The notes beneath the pieces are model-generated. The model worked only from the letters and a program-made list of their open reading frames with translations. It did no database searches and had not been told where the DNA came from. A stretch of 63,046 nucleotides of DNA, the filler included, from Stramenopiles sp. TOSAG23-2 (Eukaryota), in the NCBI GenBank assembly GCA_900128395.1. It is 8 parts of 8 records of this genome, joined end to end, with 100 filler letters (N's around TTAATTAATTAA, not from the genome) between each part and the next. Parts side by side here need not be neighbours in the genome. Positions count along the whole stretch, not along the records: positions 1 to 26,559 come from LT649433.1; 7 more parts are not named here. One strand, given 5' to 3'. This document shows positions 10,460 to 22,669 of the stretch, one piece after another. Numbering within the stretch: the first letter of the stretch is position 1; the number at the start of each line of letters is the position of its first letter. The translations under genes and the position numbers were made by a program.

Positions 10460-12010
10460 ATGGCGTCGAGGAATAAACAACATGATAAAATATCAACGTT
10501 GACCTTAACGATGATTATATATTTTGGTGTCTGTGGCGGTCCAATAGGTTCAGAGCCATTAATTGGTACCCTCGGGCCTGCAGTTGGCCTTGTTGCTATT
10601 ATTATCTATCCTATTATATGTGGTGCACCTCAATCATTTATAACAGCAGAATTTTCCACAGTTTTTAAAGGAGAAGGTGGGTTTTTGAGCTGGGTACATG
10701 CTTCCTTTGGCAATAAACGCTTATTAAAATTTTGTGCATATATGAATTATATTTGTATGGTTTGCGACGCTGCAGTGTATCCAGGTTTAGCAATTACATA
10801 TGCTTCCACTTTGTTTCCTGAACTTTTAAATTTATCATGGATAACAGCTTATGTCTACAAATCAATCTATACGATTGTCTTATTCGGTCTTTTATTACTT
10901 GGCATTCGTCCAGTTGGTGTAGCGTTAAATGTATTACTAGCATTGGTATTATTCCCATCGTTTTTGTTATTTATGTTTGGTATTTTTCAAGTTGATTATA
11001 CTAAAGATAGAAGTCATAATGTCCAGCCAAAAACTATTGATGAAGCAAGCCATAATATATTTTATTTTTTAAATGTCTTAATTTGGAATTACTCTGCATT
11101 TGATCAAGTTTCCTTAGTTAGTACAGAAGTAGAGGATGCTGGTCGGCAATATCCACGTGCAATAAGTGCATCATTAATTTTAGTAGTTTCTACATATATT
11201 TTTCCATTATTTGTTGCTGGAGGAGTGACTGAAAATTATACAGATTTAACAGAAGGCTCGTTGCCTAATGTTGGTTATCAAGTTGCAGGACTATGGTTAA
11301 AAGCCATGTTATGCTTTGGAAGTATTTTTAGTGCCATGGGTTTATTTATGATAACAAGTTATGAAGCAATATTTTTATGGGCTGGTATGGCAAGATTGAA
11401 ATTATTACCCCAAAATTTTACATCTACTGAACGAACAGATACAGGTATACCAAGAGTAGGTGCAATAATTACTTTTGTTTTATTGATTTTTTTCAATACA
11501 TATAATTTTGAAGAAATTTTAACATTTACAAATACAGCTGGCAGTGTCTGTGTTATTTTACAATTTGCTTCAACCTTAATTTTAAGAGTATATCATCCAA
11601 GATTAGATCGTGGATATAAAATCCCAATCGAGTCAAATGTCTGGTATGCCATTATTTTAATTCCAACGTTTGCAATTCAAATTTTCTACGTATGTTATGT
11701 GATAGTAAATCAATTATCATCTTTAGCGAAAGGTGATAAGAATGTATCAAATGATGTTTTCATGATATTGAAAAGTATATTAGTTGTTGCACCAGTTTGT
11801 TTTTTTATAATACAATTGGCATTGGAAGTTATAAAAGGTGATTATGGACGCGATGAATATTTAGAGGATGCTATATTTACAAGTGCCGTAATGGAGCATA
11901 CCCTTTTAACAAGTGATAATACATCTTTGAAACAAACAGATCAATTATTATTAGAACATGATGATAATGATGATGTACATCATAGTAGAGGTAGTTTCGG
12001 TGGGATTTAA
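10460..12010 (+). CDS. APC-superfamily amino acid/polyamine transporter (PUT/LAT-like)
   Basis: YFGVCGGPIGSE, GGFLSWVHASFG, IWNYSAFDQVS..EVEDAGRQYPR motifs; about 12 hydrophobic segments. Confidence 0.88.
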   Translation: MASRNKQHDKISTLTLTMIIYFGVCGGPIGSEPLIGTLGPAVGLVAIIIYPIICGAPQSFITAEFSTVFKGEGGFLSWVHASFGNKRLLKFCAYMNYICMVCDAAVYPGLAITYASTLFPELLNLSWITAYVYKSIYTIVLFGLLLLGIRPVGVALNVLLALVLFPSFLLFMFGIFQVDYTKDRSHNVQPKTIDEASHNIFYFLNVLIWNYSAFDQVSLVSTEVEDAGRQYPRAISASLILVVSTYIFPLFVAGGVTENYTDLTEGSLPNVGYQVAGLWLKAMLCFGSIFSAMGLFMITSYEAIFLWAGMARLKLLPQNFTSTERTDTGIPRVGAIITFVLLIFFNTYNFEEILTFTNTAGSVCVILQFASTLILRVYHPRLDRGYKIPIESNVWYAIILIPTFAIQIFYVCYVIVNQLSSLAKGDKNVSNDVFMILKSILVVAPVCFFIIQLALEVIKGDYGRDEYLEDAIFTSAVMEHTLLTSDNTSLKQTDQLLLEHDDNDDVHHSRGSFGGI

Positions 12011-12129
12011 AATTTTAATATTTATAAATATATACGAGTCGTCGTATCATAATTATTAAATTCTTATATGATATCTAGGCCAAAACACACACACACACTC
12101 TCTCTAATACGAATAACTACACTTCTCTT

Positions 12130-12540
12130 TCATTTCTTTTTTATACCTTTCTCTGCCTCACGTCCTAGTGCTGATAAAAATTTCAGTGGTGTGAAAGCAT
12201 TGACAAAGATACTTGCAAATGAATATAAAAAAGAAGGTGGATTTTTAATTACATTGGTATTGTTGTTATTATTAACGGAATTTATGTATTTTTCAGCAAA
12301 ATCGACAACTTTGGAATCTTTTAAAAATATATACATTTCAGCTGGCTTTTCAATTGCCGAACGGACGACATATTGTATATGTTTCTGGTCATCTATTGAT
12401 TTAACATGCAATTTTGTTTGTTCTAAAATCCGCTTATATACTCTTGGCCAACCATAGGCAGATGCAGTATTATAAACGGTTAATGCAGATAATTTTTTCA
12501 AAACGATTCCACCTAATAAATATCCCGCTGGGAAGACCAT
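12130..12540 (-). CDS. Hypothetical protein, 136 aa
   Basis: ATG-started ORF with protein-like composition, an A-rich leader, and a poly-Asn patch like neighbouring genes. No recognised domain. Confidence 0.55.
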   Translation of the reverse strand: MVFPAGYLLGGIVLKKLSALTVYNTASAYGWPRVYKRILEQTKLHVKSIDDQKHIQYVVRSAIEKPAEMYIFLKDSKVVDFAEKYINSVNNNNNTNVIKNPPSFLYSFASIFVNAFTPLKFLSALGREAEKGIKKK

Positions 12541-13205
12541 ATTGTTTTTCTTTTTAATTGTTTGTAGTTGTTATACATGCAAAACGATAAACTTCTTTTC
12601 CAATTTCTATAAATTTTTAGTAAAATCAAGCTTATATATAGTATAAGGTGCTAAGCTGGTTTAGGTTATGGTATAAGTATTATAGTATTTATTTTGGATG
12701 GCACAACAACAGGTGCTTGTGCTTCCCACTTGCCAGCTTGTGCGTTGCTTGTGTGAGATTGCTGGATTGTTGGGAGGCTATTTTCAATTTCCCACCGGGA
12801 AAATAATACAGGTATTATAGCACGACGGTACAGTATAGAGAAAAACCCCCAGGAACAGGAAAATTTGTTAATTTTCATTATTTTGTACTTGTTAGTATAT
12901 CTAGATACTGTATTGTATAGTATTGTGTAGTGTAGTACATACATACTCCCTATATAACCAGCTAAAGTTATTGCCACAGGCCACAGTCCACCAGTCCAGC
13001 AGTGTCAATCATCAAAAAAGATATGTTTTACGTGATTAATTAAACGCAGTTAAACAGTGAGATGATGCACATAATAATACTACAGTACCTGGTAAGGCAA
13101 CTAAGCACATAATATAATAAATTATTATTTTTTCTATTTTTTATATTTTTTATATATCTTTTCAGTAATATTAATACATGGAGATATAAATACAAATAAA
13201 AGAGC

Positions 13206-13985
13206 ATGAAGATCATGACGAAAACCTCATCAGCATCATTGAAAGCAAAATTTAAGTATTGTTATAAAATTAAAAGGTCAAACAATTATCAAGCAGTTTT
13301 TAAAAACAAAGGGAAACAAATTTATGTTGGTACATTTGATTCAGTCTTAAAAGCAGCTATTGCAGCAGATTATAAACGTGTTGAACTAGGTTTTGATAGA
13401 AACAAATTAAATTTTCCTGAAAAATATGAAATATATCAACGAGCCATTACAAATGAAACGACTTTGATACCTAGCGGTAAAGATGAAACTAATGATATAT
13501 ATAAATTCCGCCCAAGACCAGTAGATCTAACAAAAAATGCAAAATATTTCAAGGTTACGCCAGATGGAAAAAGAAGATATTGTGGCGGTTTTGTTCCCCG
13601 GAAGTGTAATAATAAAAATGGATATAAAGGTATTCATACTGTTGCCAAAGGATCTATTAAAAAGGGTTATTATATTCAGATTTGGCAGCATGGCAAAACA
13701 ATTAAACTAAAAAATAACCATTATAAAAGAAAATTGGATGCAGCAATTGCATTTGACATTAATACCATTCGTTTAACTGGTAGAGGCAAAGAGTATTTAA
13801 ACTTTCCAGAAGAATATCAGAATTATATAAATAAGATAAAACATTCAACAGAAAAAGAAGAAAATGGAAATGTGGAAGGAAGTAAACATTCAATTCAAGA
13901 CGAAGTTGCGCAACAATCTTTTACTGATGATGGTATGCAAATGAAAAGTAAAGGTAATAATCGGCGTGTGTCTGTAGCTCTTTAA
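13206..13985 (+). CDS. Protein with two AP2/ERF-like DNA-binding domains
   Basis: YQAVF..GKQIYVGTFDSVLKAAIAAD..LNFPE and GYKGI..YYIQI..DAAIAFD..LNFPE match the AP2 pattern (YLGxFxxxxEAAxAYD...LNF). Confidence 0.82.
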   Translation: MKIMTKTSSASLKAKFKYCYKIKRSNNYQAVFKNKGKQIYVGTFDSVLKAAIAADYKRVELGFDRNKLNFPEKYEIYQRAITNETTLIPSGKDETNDIYKFRPRPVDLTKNAKYFKVTPDGKRRYCGGFVPRKCNNKNGYKGIHTVAKGSIKKGYYIQIWQHGKTIKLKNNHYKRKLDAAIAFDINTIRLTGRGKEYLNFPEEYQNYINKIKHSTEKEENGNVEGSKHSIQDEVAQQSFTDDGMQMKSKGNNRRVSVAL

Positions 13986-14433
13986 ATTGATATATATATA
14001 TATATAAATACAAACAATTAATACAATGTGTGCATCTTTTTTCTTCTTTTCTATATTTTCGGCCTCTATGCTAATAGATCTAAAACCTCATACGCGCGGA
14101 GTATCATAAGTACTATATTCAAAAAATATATTTAGAGCTACCGTGATGTTAATGTGGTTGTTGTGGTTGCTTTGTGAGCCTTATGGTATAGTATAGCCAG
14201 ATAGCCTTTTGTTGGTAGCCTTGTTTGATTTTTTCGAAAGCACAATAACAATTTTTTCTAAATTTGTGCAATTATAATATATTATAACATTTTTTATTGT
14301 GTTTTTTATTTGAAATAATTCGATTTCGATTTTCGTATAAAAATTATTAATTATATTATCTCATTATCTCTATATATATATATATCATACTGTATATTTT
14401 TAATATACCTGTTGTGTTTTTATAAAATTAAAA

Positions 14434-16379
14434 ATGGACATAATTCTCTTAGAAGCAGCTGCAAAAGGTGATTATATGATGATAGAGAAACTCGTAGCTA
14501 CTGGAGAATCGAGGATAAATTTTAGAGATCCAAATAACGGCTACACGGCTTTACATTTTGCATGTGCAAATGGGCATCTTGAATGTGTCAGTATTCTACT
14601 TCAATTAGGAGCAGATCCATCCGCCTCAACTGGAAGTTCTGCATTTGGTTATTTAACACCTTTACATATAGCCTCACAAGCTGGTTTTGATGATATTGTT
14701 AGTCTATTATTGCATCATTCATCGGATGTAACAGAACCGGACAGTAATAATAATACTGCTACAAATGTTGCAGCGACAATGGCTGTTTCATTGAGGAACG
14801 AAATAGAAGCAAATAGACGGAGAGATTGTGAAGTGGTACTTCGAGTTCAAGATGATCCAGCAGACTTGTTCAAACATTTTGTTCCACCAAAAAATATTCA
14901 ATCGAATGTAGAAATAGAAAAAGATTTAATTGTTTCAATTGAATGTGGTGGTTCAAGTAGAGTTCAATCTAGTTTTGGACTTGCCGTCTCTCAAAGAGGA
15001 ACATTGTGGACTTGGGGTATAAATGATAAAGGTCAAGCCTTTCGTGGGGTAGATATAACAACTAATTTCAAAAAATGGAGAAGAAGTGAAGTTTTACGTA
15101 CACATCATCATCGTGTCGATGCAATATCGTGTGGCACTGAACATAGTCTAGCAATTATAAGTACAGGCCACATCGTTGGTTCCGGTAGTTCGTATAATGG
15201 ACAACTTGGTATTGGAGATGCACCTCCAAAAGTACGAGAACCGATTCCGATCGATTTGACTATGCGAGCAGCATCTGTTGCATGTGGAGCATTTCATAGT
15301 GCTATTATATTGGAAAATGGCGTCACTTTGGTATTTGGTTTAAATCGTTCAGGGCAATTAGGTATTAATAACACTGTGGATAAATTAGCACCAGTGGAGG
15401 TTCCTATATTTTTACAAAATAATATATTAATGAAACGTGTTGTTTGTGGCAAATCGCATACATTATGGATCGATACAAATCATAATTTATGGGCTGCTGG
15501 CAGAGGTATTTGTACGGGGCTTGGATCTGGCGATACAAACGAATTGTTAGCACAAATGATTCCAAATTTTAAAGCAATAAATATAGCCGCAGGTGAAGCA
15601 CATTCAATGGCTATTGAAGATACAAAAGAGCGACAATTATTCACATGGGGCTTCGGTGGATATGGTTGTTTAGGACATGGAGATAGAAGCGATAAAAAAG
15701 TTCCTAGGCATGTAACAATGTTTGCTGATAAAAAAGTAGCTAGGCGATCGAGTTTAGTAAACATTGCAGCTGGTGCAAAGCATTCTATTGTTTTAACGAA
15801 TTATTGTGAAGTATATGTGTTTGGTGAGAATAATTTTGGACAACTTGGACGCGGAGATCGAAAACCGATGTTACTACCCAAATTGTTAACATCGTTACAT
15901 CAATATTTACCAGCTAAACCTATTTTAATTTCTGCTTCTGGCTTTCATTCATTAATTGCATTGTAAGTAAATTCTTTCTTTTCCCTTCCATACATATCAA
16001 TATATCCTCTATTTTAAATATTTGTGATATTATTAAACATATGGCAGTAGAAATATTCTCTAACCTATATACCACTGTTTCATATATGTATATATAATAC
16101 ATCATATTATAAATATTAATATTATTACGAATTATATGCTTTCTATTCCACAGGACCGATGGAAAAATTTTACATTTTGGTAATGTATCAAAAGTAACTG
16201 AAGTTAGAAGAATGAATCCTGACAAACTCTGGCCAACTGAAATGCTGGCACCTGAAGATGATAGTGATACAGAAAGTGAACGTACTTCTAAAGAGAAGAA
16301 AAAAACGAAGGTAATGAATCATTTAAAAAAAGTAGATATGAAAATAAAGAAGACGATGAATGATGATGGGATGTTGTAG
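14434..16379 (+). CDS. Ankyrin-repeat plus RCC1-repeat protein; 2 exons (14434-15962, 16154-16379)
   Basis: GYTALHFACANGH and TPLHIASQAG ankyrins; multiple RCC1 repeats (SCGTEHSLA, ACGAFHSA, WGFGGYGCLGHG). GTAAGT...CACAG intron 15963-16153 restores the RCC1-like HSLIALTDGKILHFG; stop at 16379. Confidence 0.88.
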
Positions 16380-16935
16380 AGATGTGGTGGGGTGTGTGTG
16401 TGTGTGTGTGCGTAGGTTAGTGTATTACGTTATATATATTTTTAAAAAAATCAGAATTTTTATTCTTGCTGCCTAAACTAGATAGAGACGTTTTACGTGT
16501 TTTCTCTCCTTTCCCGCGTCATTTTTTAAAAACAAAAATACTCTCTCCTCAAATTTACATTTTTTTTACACAGAATTATTTGTGCATACCTGGCATAATA
16601 ATTTTTTTTGTATATTTTAAGTAATGCAACTAATGTAAGCCGTAATTATAGATATGATGTGTGTTGTCAAAGTTTCTTCTTCTTGTTTTGTACAAATTTT
16701 TAAAGAAAAAACTTATCATTCCAAATATATATATATATATATATGAGTATATTTATATTTCATTATGAGAAATATAGATCTCTTACATATATACAATATA
16801 TATAATACACATCCATGTGTGTGCAGTATAATATACAGGCCGTAATAATATGATACGATGTCATCATGATTTTACAAGCATATATTTTTATTGGTTGAAT
16901 TTATACAACCATATAAAAATATATACTTAACGACA

Positions 16936-17436
16936 TCATCCTTGTGCTTTAAAGTCAGACATATCCATGGATGCAACTGGCTCTCCTAAAAAGCCTAAGT
17001 AAGATATGGATGTGATATCGTCGCCATTATTTTCAGGGATAAAAACTGAAATATTATCAACAAACTGATAACGTACAAAGGTCAAAGGGATAACCGCTCC
17101 ACTAACTAACGCTTGCGGATCAAGTTCTATCATTTCAGTTGCTTTTTTTTCTTCAGCATCGTCAAAGCCCATTTCAGTCGTGTTTATAAACAATTTCACA
17201 GAAGTTGGTGCAGACTCTGCATTTGGACATTGTATTTTTAATGCAGACAATTTCACTGCAGCTTTGAATGGTAGTCGAAATAATAACTGTTCGTCTGCGT
17301 CAGAACTACAAAAACGGTCATCACAGTCGTTCAAAACGTTCACATGCGGAGCATTATCGTCTTCATTTAAGCAACTTGTATTTACATACAAATTCGATGC
17401 AATTTGTACATGATGTTTTGGTATTACACCAGCCAT
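16936..17436 (-). CDS. PITH-domain protein (proteasome-interacting thioredoxin C-terminal domain)
   Basis: CLNE, SDADEQLL, APTSVKLFIN..GFDDAE, FVRYQFV, ISYLGFLGEP motifs. Confidence 0.88.
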   Translation of the reverse strand: MAGVIPKHHVQIASNLYVNTSCLNEDDNAPHVNVLNDCDDRFCSSDADEQLLFRLPFKAAVKLSALKIQCPNAESAPTSVKLFINTTEMGFDDAEEKKATEMIELDPQALVSGAVIPLTFVRYQFVDNISVFIPENNGDDITSISYLGFLGEPVASMDMSDFKAQG

Positions 17437-17878
17437 AGTCTTTATTTTATTATTTTGTATATCGTTTCTACGCGTAATAAAATGTTTGTAATATAATAGT
17501 ATCGATATGTATATGTATATCGTATATGTATATAGTGGTGGTTATGTTTATAGAAAATGTTGGTTTTACAGGATGATTATATGCCCATTATAAACAGTGT
17601 TATTTGGTGCTTTCTTTTGATATAAAATAAATTCAACATTTTTTGTATTCCAGGTATTCTTTTTTACATTCCCAATTCCCATTCATTTTTTAACTGACGA
17701 CAGTGATTGATAGGGTGGTGTTTTAGTATAGAAATTAGTATAATAGGGAACGAAGGATTACGCGGGACGCGGGGACGTCCTCGTAGGGATTAGACGTATA
17801 GATAGAATAGAGGCGATGAAAAAAATGAATTTAAGGCTTATTTTTTGATAAATAATATAGTAACAATTAATATAGTGT

Positions 17879-19891
17879 CTATTCTCGATAACGTGGTGAA
17901 TTGTAACCAGCTTCATCTTTCACATCATCATCATCATCATCATCATCTTGCTCTGCTTCTTCTTTTTGACCTCTATCCCCATTGTTCTTTTTCTTTTTTA
18001 AGAAACTAGGCTTCCATGATTTACGTGGTTTTTTTTTCATGGAAGTATTACCTGTATCATTATTGTTGTTGTTGCTATTATCAGCATCATCATCATCATT
18101 ATTATTATCCTCATTATTATCTTCCTCGTCATTATTTTTACCACCGCCGCCACCATTGCCACCTTTCTCGTTTTTTTTATTACCAAAATTATTAAAAATT
18201 CCATATACAGAACTATCTGCCATTTTTTTATCTAAGCTAGATAAAACAAGTGCAAATGCTTGTACAGGGCTTAATGGATATCGAACATCCAATGTAAACA
18301 CGTCTTTATCTACACGTCCGAATTGCAAAACAGTTTGTTCCCCTGTCAAATCACAAACTAATTGGAAATTTTTCACAGATGATTGTGTGACACGTCCATG
18401 AAAATTCAATACATGACCACCGGCTTGTTCATCCCATTTTGGGCGTTTGTTTTTTCCACATATCAAATTTTTCGTATTTCCATCCTTGTATTGTTCTCCG
18501 ATTTTATCTTCAGGTTCATTAAATGCTTTCCAGTCAAAACCTGGTGTGGGTATAACAAAATTTATTTCTCCAGGTCCCATCTTATCATATGAACAGAAAA
18601 TAACACCAAGTTCCCTACGAATACTTTCTTCTGAAGAAACATCTCCAGGTCTCATACCATGGTCATAAATGTAATATTCTGATCCAGTATAATTTCCACG
18701 TAATTTTCCTAAAACTAAATTACTTGAACGATCAATTTCATCCTCATCCAATGTCATTAAATAATAATTGCCTTTGCGGCTTTTCGATGAGATTCTTTGA
18801 CCCATCATCATAAATTCACTGCTTCGACTACCTTTACCCATTTTCCCATCAGTATCCGTATATACACGATATATTGGCTGGCCTATTTTTTTCTTTTTCC
18901 TTTCAATATAAAATTGTGTTGGTTTTTCACTATATTCTCTACATGCACGTGTTAACCAGCGTCTCATATGATCTGGATCCAAGACTTTAGGCCCTTCCTT
19001 CTCTTTTTCTTTCTTTTTCTTCTTTTTTTTCTTTTTTTCACTTTTTTCTTTTTTTGGCTGGTCATTGTTATCACTATTATTATCATTTTTTTTAGATGAT
19101 TTTTTAAGAGAAAAACGTTTAAACATACCACCTTTTTTTTTCTTATTATTATCATTATTATCATCATCATTATCACCACCATCATTATTTTTACCTTCAT
19201 CACCATCATTATTATTGTTGTTGTTGTTGTTGTTTTTACGCCGTCGAAACTTCTCATCTTCCTCAGTATCATTATTATTCTTTTTTTGCCCTTCCTCTTC
19301 CTCATCAGAGGATGAAGAGGAGAAACCACGTGCAGCTGATTTATTATTGAAACCATGCTCACCACCAAATTCAGCTTTATGCAAATCCTCCATAGTTGTT
19401 GCAGAACTATTAGAGGTTGTCCTTTTGCGTAAACCAGTGCTACCGTTGCCATAATCCCCCGAATCACCTATGCTGTAGTTTCTTTCTTTCCCAAAATTAT
19501 CGCTTTGGCGCTTTAAATCATCGTCATCAGCATTTTTAGTTCCAAATCCCCCACTTTTTGCTGTATAACGTCTTAACTCAGTCATATCATTATCATCATC
19601 GTCGGAAGAAGATTGTTCTTCTAACTCTGCCATCATCGCATCAAGTTGAGCTTTTTTTTGCCTTGCGCGAAATTCTTCAAGATTGCTTGTGTTTTTCATG
19701 GGTGATGGCCGTGATCCTATACTATTACTACGATTATTAGTATCCCGGTCTGACATTTTGCCTTCAAAATTATCGTGATTATTATTAGTAGTATTAGTAA
19801 TTTTATTATTTAATTTTTGTACATTTCCACCAGATACTAAACGTGAACGTCTTTTATTTGGTTTTTTCTTTGGTAATTTATATCCTTCCAT
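17879..19891 (-). CDS. Tubby-like protein
   Basis: LGKLRGNYTGSEYYIYDHG, PKWDEQAGGHVLNFHGRVTQSSVKNFQL, LQFGRV..FTLDVRYPLSPVQAF; long charged low-complexity N-terminus. Confidence 0.95.
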   Translation of the reverse strand: MEGYKLPKKKPNKRRSRLVSGGNVQKLNNKITNTTNNNHDNFEGKMSDRDTNNRSNSIGSRPSPMKNTSNLEEFRARQKKAQLDAMMAELEEQSSSDDDDNDMTELRRYTAKSGGFGTKNADDDDLKRQSDNFGKERNYSIGDSGDYGNGSTGLRKRTTSNSSATTMEDLHKAEFGGEHGFNNKSAARGFSSSSSDEEEEGQKKNNNDTEEDEKFRRRKNNNNNNNNNDGDEGKNNDGGDNDDDNNDNNKKKKGGMFKRFSLKKSSKKNDNNSDNNDQPKKEKSEKKKKKKKKKEKEKEGPKVLDPDHMRRWLTRACREYSEKPTQFYIERKKKKIGQPIYRVYTDTDGKMGKGSRSSEFMMMGQRISSKSRKGNYYLMTLDEDEIDRSSNLVLGKLRGNYTGSEYYIYDHGMRPGDVSSEESIRRELGVIFCSYDKMGPGEINFVIPTPGFDWKAFNEPEDKIGEQYKDGNTKNLICGKNKRPKWDEQAGGHVLNFHGRVTQSSVKNFQLVCDLTGEQTVLQFGRVDKDVFTLDVRYPLSPVQAFALVLSSLDKKMADSSVYGIFNNFGNKKNEKGGNGGGGGKNNDEEDNNEDNNNDDDDADNSNNNNNDTGNTSMKKKPRKSWKPSFLKKKKNNGDRGQKEEAEQDDDDDDDDVKDEAGYNSPRYRE

Positions 19892-20647
19892 TTTTTTAAA
19901 CTAAGAATACATATATTTTATATTTGATATATTTAATTAATTATCAGTTCGTATATTTTTGTGTGTGTATGTATCTATGTACAATATGTTCAATTTTTCT
20001 AGCATGCAACGTGCAAAATAGTGTATAAATCTATGTGGCCATTTTAATTTGTATAACGATCTTTTTCTTAAAGCTTTCTGGCCAGCTGGCTTTCGCACTT
20101 TCCTGTGGCTTTTCAGCTTTTCTGGCTTTTCCAGTTTTCCAGGCTTTTCTGGCTTTTCAATGCATAGTTTTATTTTGTCGCACGTTTCTATAGCCAGGTT
20201 AGCATCAGGGTTAGTACTGTATTACGTAGTCTATACGCTTTAGCTTTATAAAGTACTCCGTCGCTGAAGTGAAGGCTGGGAAGGCAATTTTTAATTTGCG
20301 AAATTTAAAAATTCTTCTGAATTATAATATTTTTTGTTGTTCTTACCGTATTAATACCTGGTAGTACAATAAGTTTATTGCACGAATTAGACAAGGGCAC
20401 CGTGTCTTTTCCATGTCAGACGGGAGATGGTATCATTATATTCTGCCAATTGTAACATAATCCTCTTATTATTATACACACATATTTCATAACCACTTAT
20501 TGACACTTTTCAATGACACCACTGCGGATATCGTGCGTCTTAAAAACAACAGGATACAACAAAAAAAAAATAGAAATTTCACCATATATAATATACTAAA
20601 CAAGGATCTATAAGCAACCAGAAATTAAAAGCATTACGTTAACAGCA

Positions 20648-22341
20648 ATGGCGGGCCAATTAACAGATATACAAGCGGAAGATGAAAACAAAACTAATTC
20701 ATTAATTCCAAGATCGAAAGATACAATAGCCGAAAAGGCCAAATTAGTCTCATTCTGGTTTGCCATTTTCACTCCAGGAGTTGTGGAAGCAGTGTACAAG
20801 AATACAATGTATTTAGACTACTATGGTGCAAATCCTGCAGCATACGGATTGTTTACAGTTTTGCTGTATGTTTGGGCGTGTGCGGCAAACATTTATATGG
20901 GACAATTGATAGACTCGATACAGGTATTGCCTGGTGTATTTCCTGTAAGTAAATTTTTATATTTCCGTAAATCTAATATAATATATCTCTCTAACAACAC
21001 ATACTGTAGCCTGAGAAGTGGGGTCGCCGTGCACCCTGGATACTAGTTTTCCTGCCGCTCTACTTCATAATAACATTCCTTGCTTTCAATCCCAATTTGA
21101 GTGGTAAAGAGCAAGTTGGGAGAGTTGCAACAGCGTGTAGCGTTGTAATATACGGTGCGAATGAAACAGCCCCTACCTGTGCGGAGCTGAAGGCTGCAGC
21201 AAGTTCAGGTTCAAGTAACGAAATGAAAGTTGGTAATATTGAAATTTATTTCTTTTTAGTTTTTGTTTGTTTCTCTCATATTCAAAATGGCTTGTATCAA
21301 TCGTTTTTTGGGAGTTTACCAGAAATTTATCAAAATCCACAAGAAAGGGGCCAAGTTGGGGCATTTCTTGGGATTTTTGGTAATTTAAATGCTTTAGTCA
21401 TTGTACTTGCAATTGCATTTGTATTTATGAGGGATACAGTCAACGGCATGGGGATCTTTGCATTGTGTGCGATTTGCTTATTAGTTTTCTCATATCCAGG
21501 TTTGATGCAACTGAAAAAAGCGAAGTTTAAACAACAGAATATGGGTGGTTTAACATCAAATTTAAAATCTATCTGTAAAAGTCGCGCCTTACAAGTTTAT
21601 TTGGTATCACAAGTTTTACATTCCATGTCAAATATTGGAGGCTTAGTGCTTCTAATATTTTGGTTAACGCGAGTAGCTGGATTATGTATTGCCGATGCAT
21701 CTGCGTTCATCGGTTTGGCTGGACTAAGTAGATTAATGATTGGCATTTTTTCGATACCATGTTGGAATTGGCTTTTGACCAAAAAAAACTTTCATCCAAG
21801 AATAACAGTATGTTTGGCATATGTTATATCAAGCATTTTAAATTGCTTGTTACTTCAAGCCAAAAATCACCAACTCATTCTGATAACCGCTGCTTTCACG
21901 GGTATAACATATGCACAAAACAATCTATCCAATAGAATGTTCATTGGGTGGATAGTTGATGATGATACACGTATACGATATAAGGAAGATGGTGTCGTTG
22001 TAAGACGTGAAGCTTTGATCCAAGGAACCGTCAGTATGCTAACTAATATGGCATATTTTTGGGGTGGAATATTATTGAGTTGGATGGCAGCAACAGGGTA
22101 TGAGGGAACGTTGCCAACGAGGTGCTTACCAGAAACATCAATTAACTTTATACACTTTGGAATTTCCATTTTAACACCAATGACAGGTTTATTAAGAGGG
22201 ATTGTTATATTCTTCTTTCCAATTCGTGGGGCAGCATTTAAACAATTAGAAGCTGATATTACAGAAATAAGAAATAAATCTGAAAGTTATAAGGAAGAGC
22301 AAGGGTCTAATAAAGTAATTCCAGCAGTAGATGGTGTATAG
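20648..22341 (+). CDS. MFS_2/GPH-family sugar or lipid:cation symporter-like; 2 exons (20648-20944, 21010-22341)
   Basis: GTAAGT...TGTAG intron 20945-21009 joins the two ORFs in frame and gives GQLID...KWGRRAPW. Also LPEIYQNPQER and IVDDD..RREALIQG, typical of the family. Confidence 0.85.
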
Positions 22342-22669
22342 ATGTTTAGTGATGCTTTTGTACCAGTAAAAAGGCCAGGTAGCAAAATTGGCATATTTTC
22401 GGCCTCTATGAATTGTCAAAAATTTTGACTTCATTTTCTCCTTTTTTATACACATTTTAAAAAGAGGGGCAGATAAAAATTATCTAATTTTATTACAATC
22501 AGATATGTAAATGTACACATTTGTTTCTTCTTTTCTAAATTTATGTGCGTATTTTAATTTATTACCAATTTAATAAAAACATTCACACTCTCTTTTACGT
22601 TTGGTAAATAAAATAGTTTACGTAAAACAACCAGTTTTGTTTTGAGAAAATTTAACAGGGAGAAAAAGC

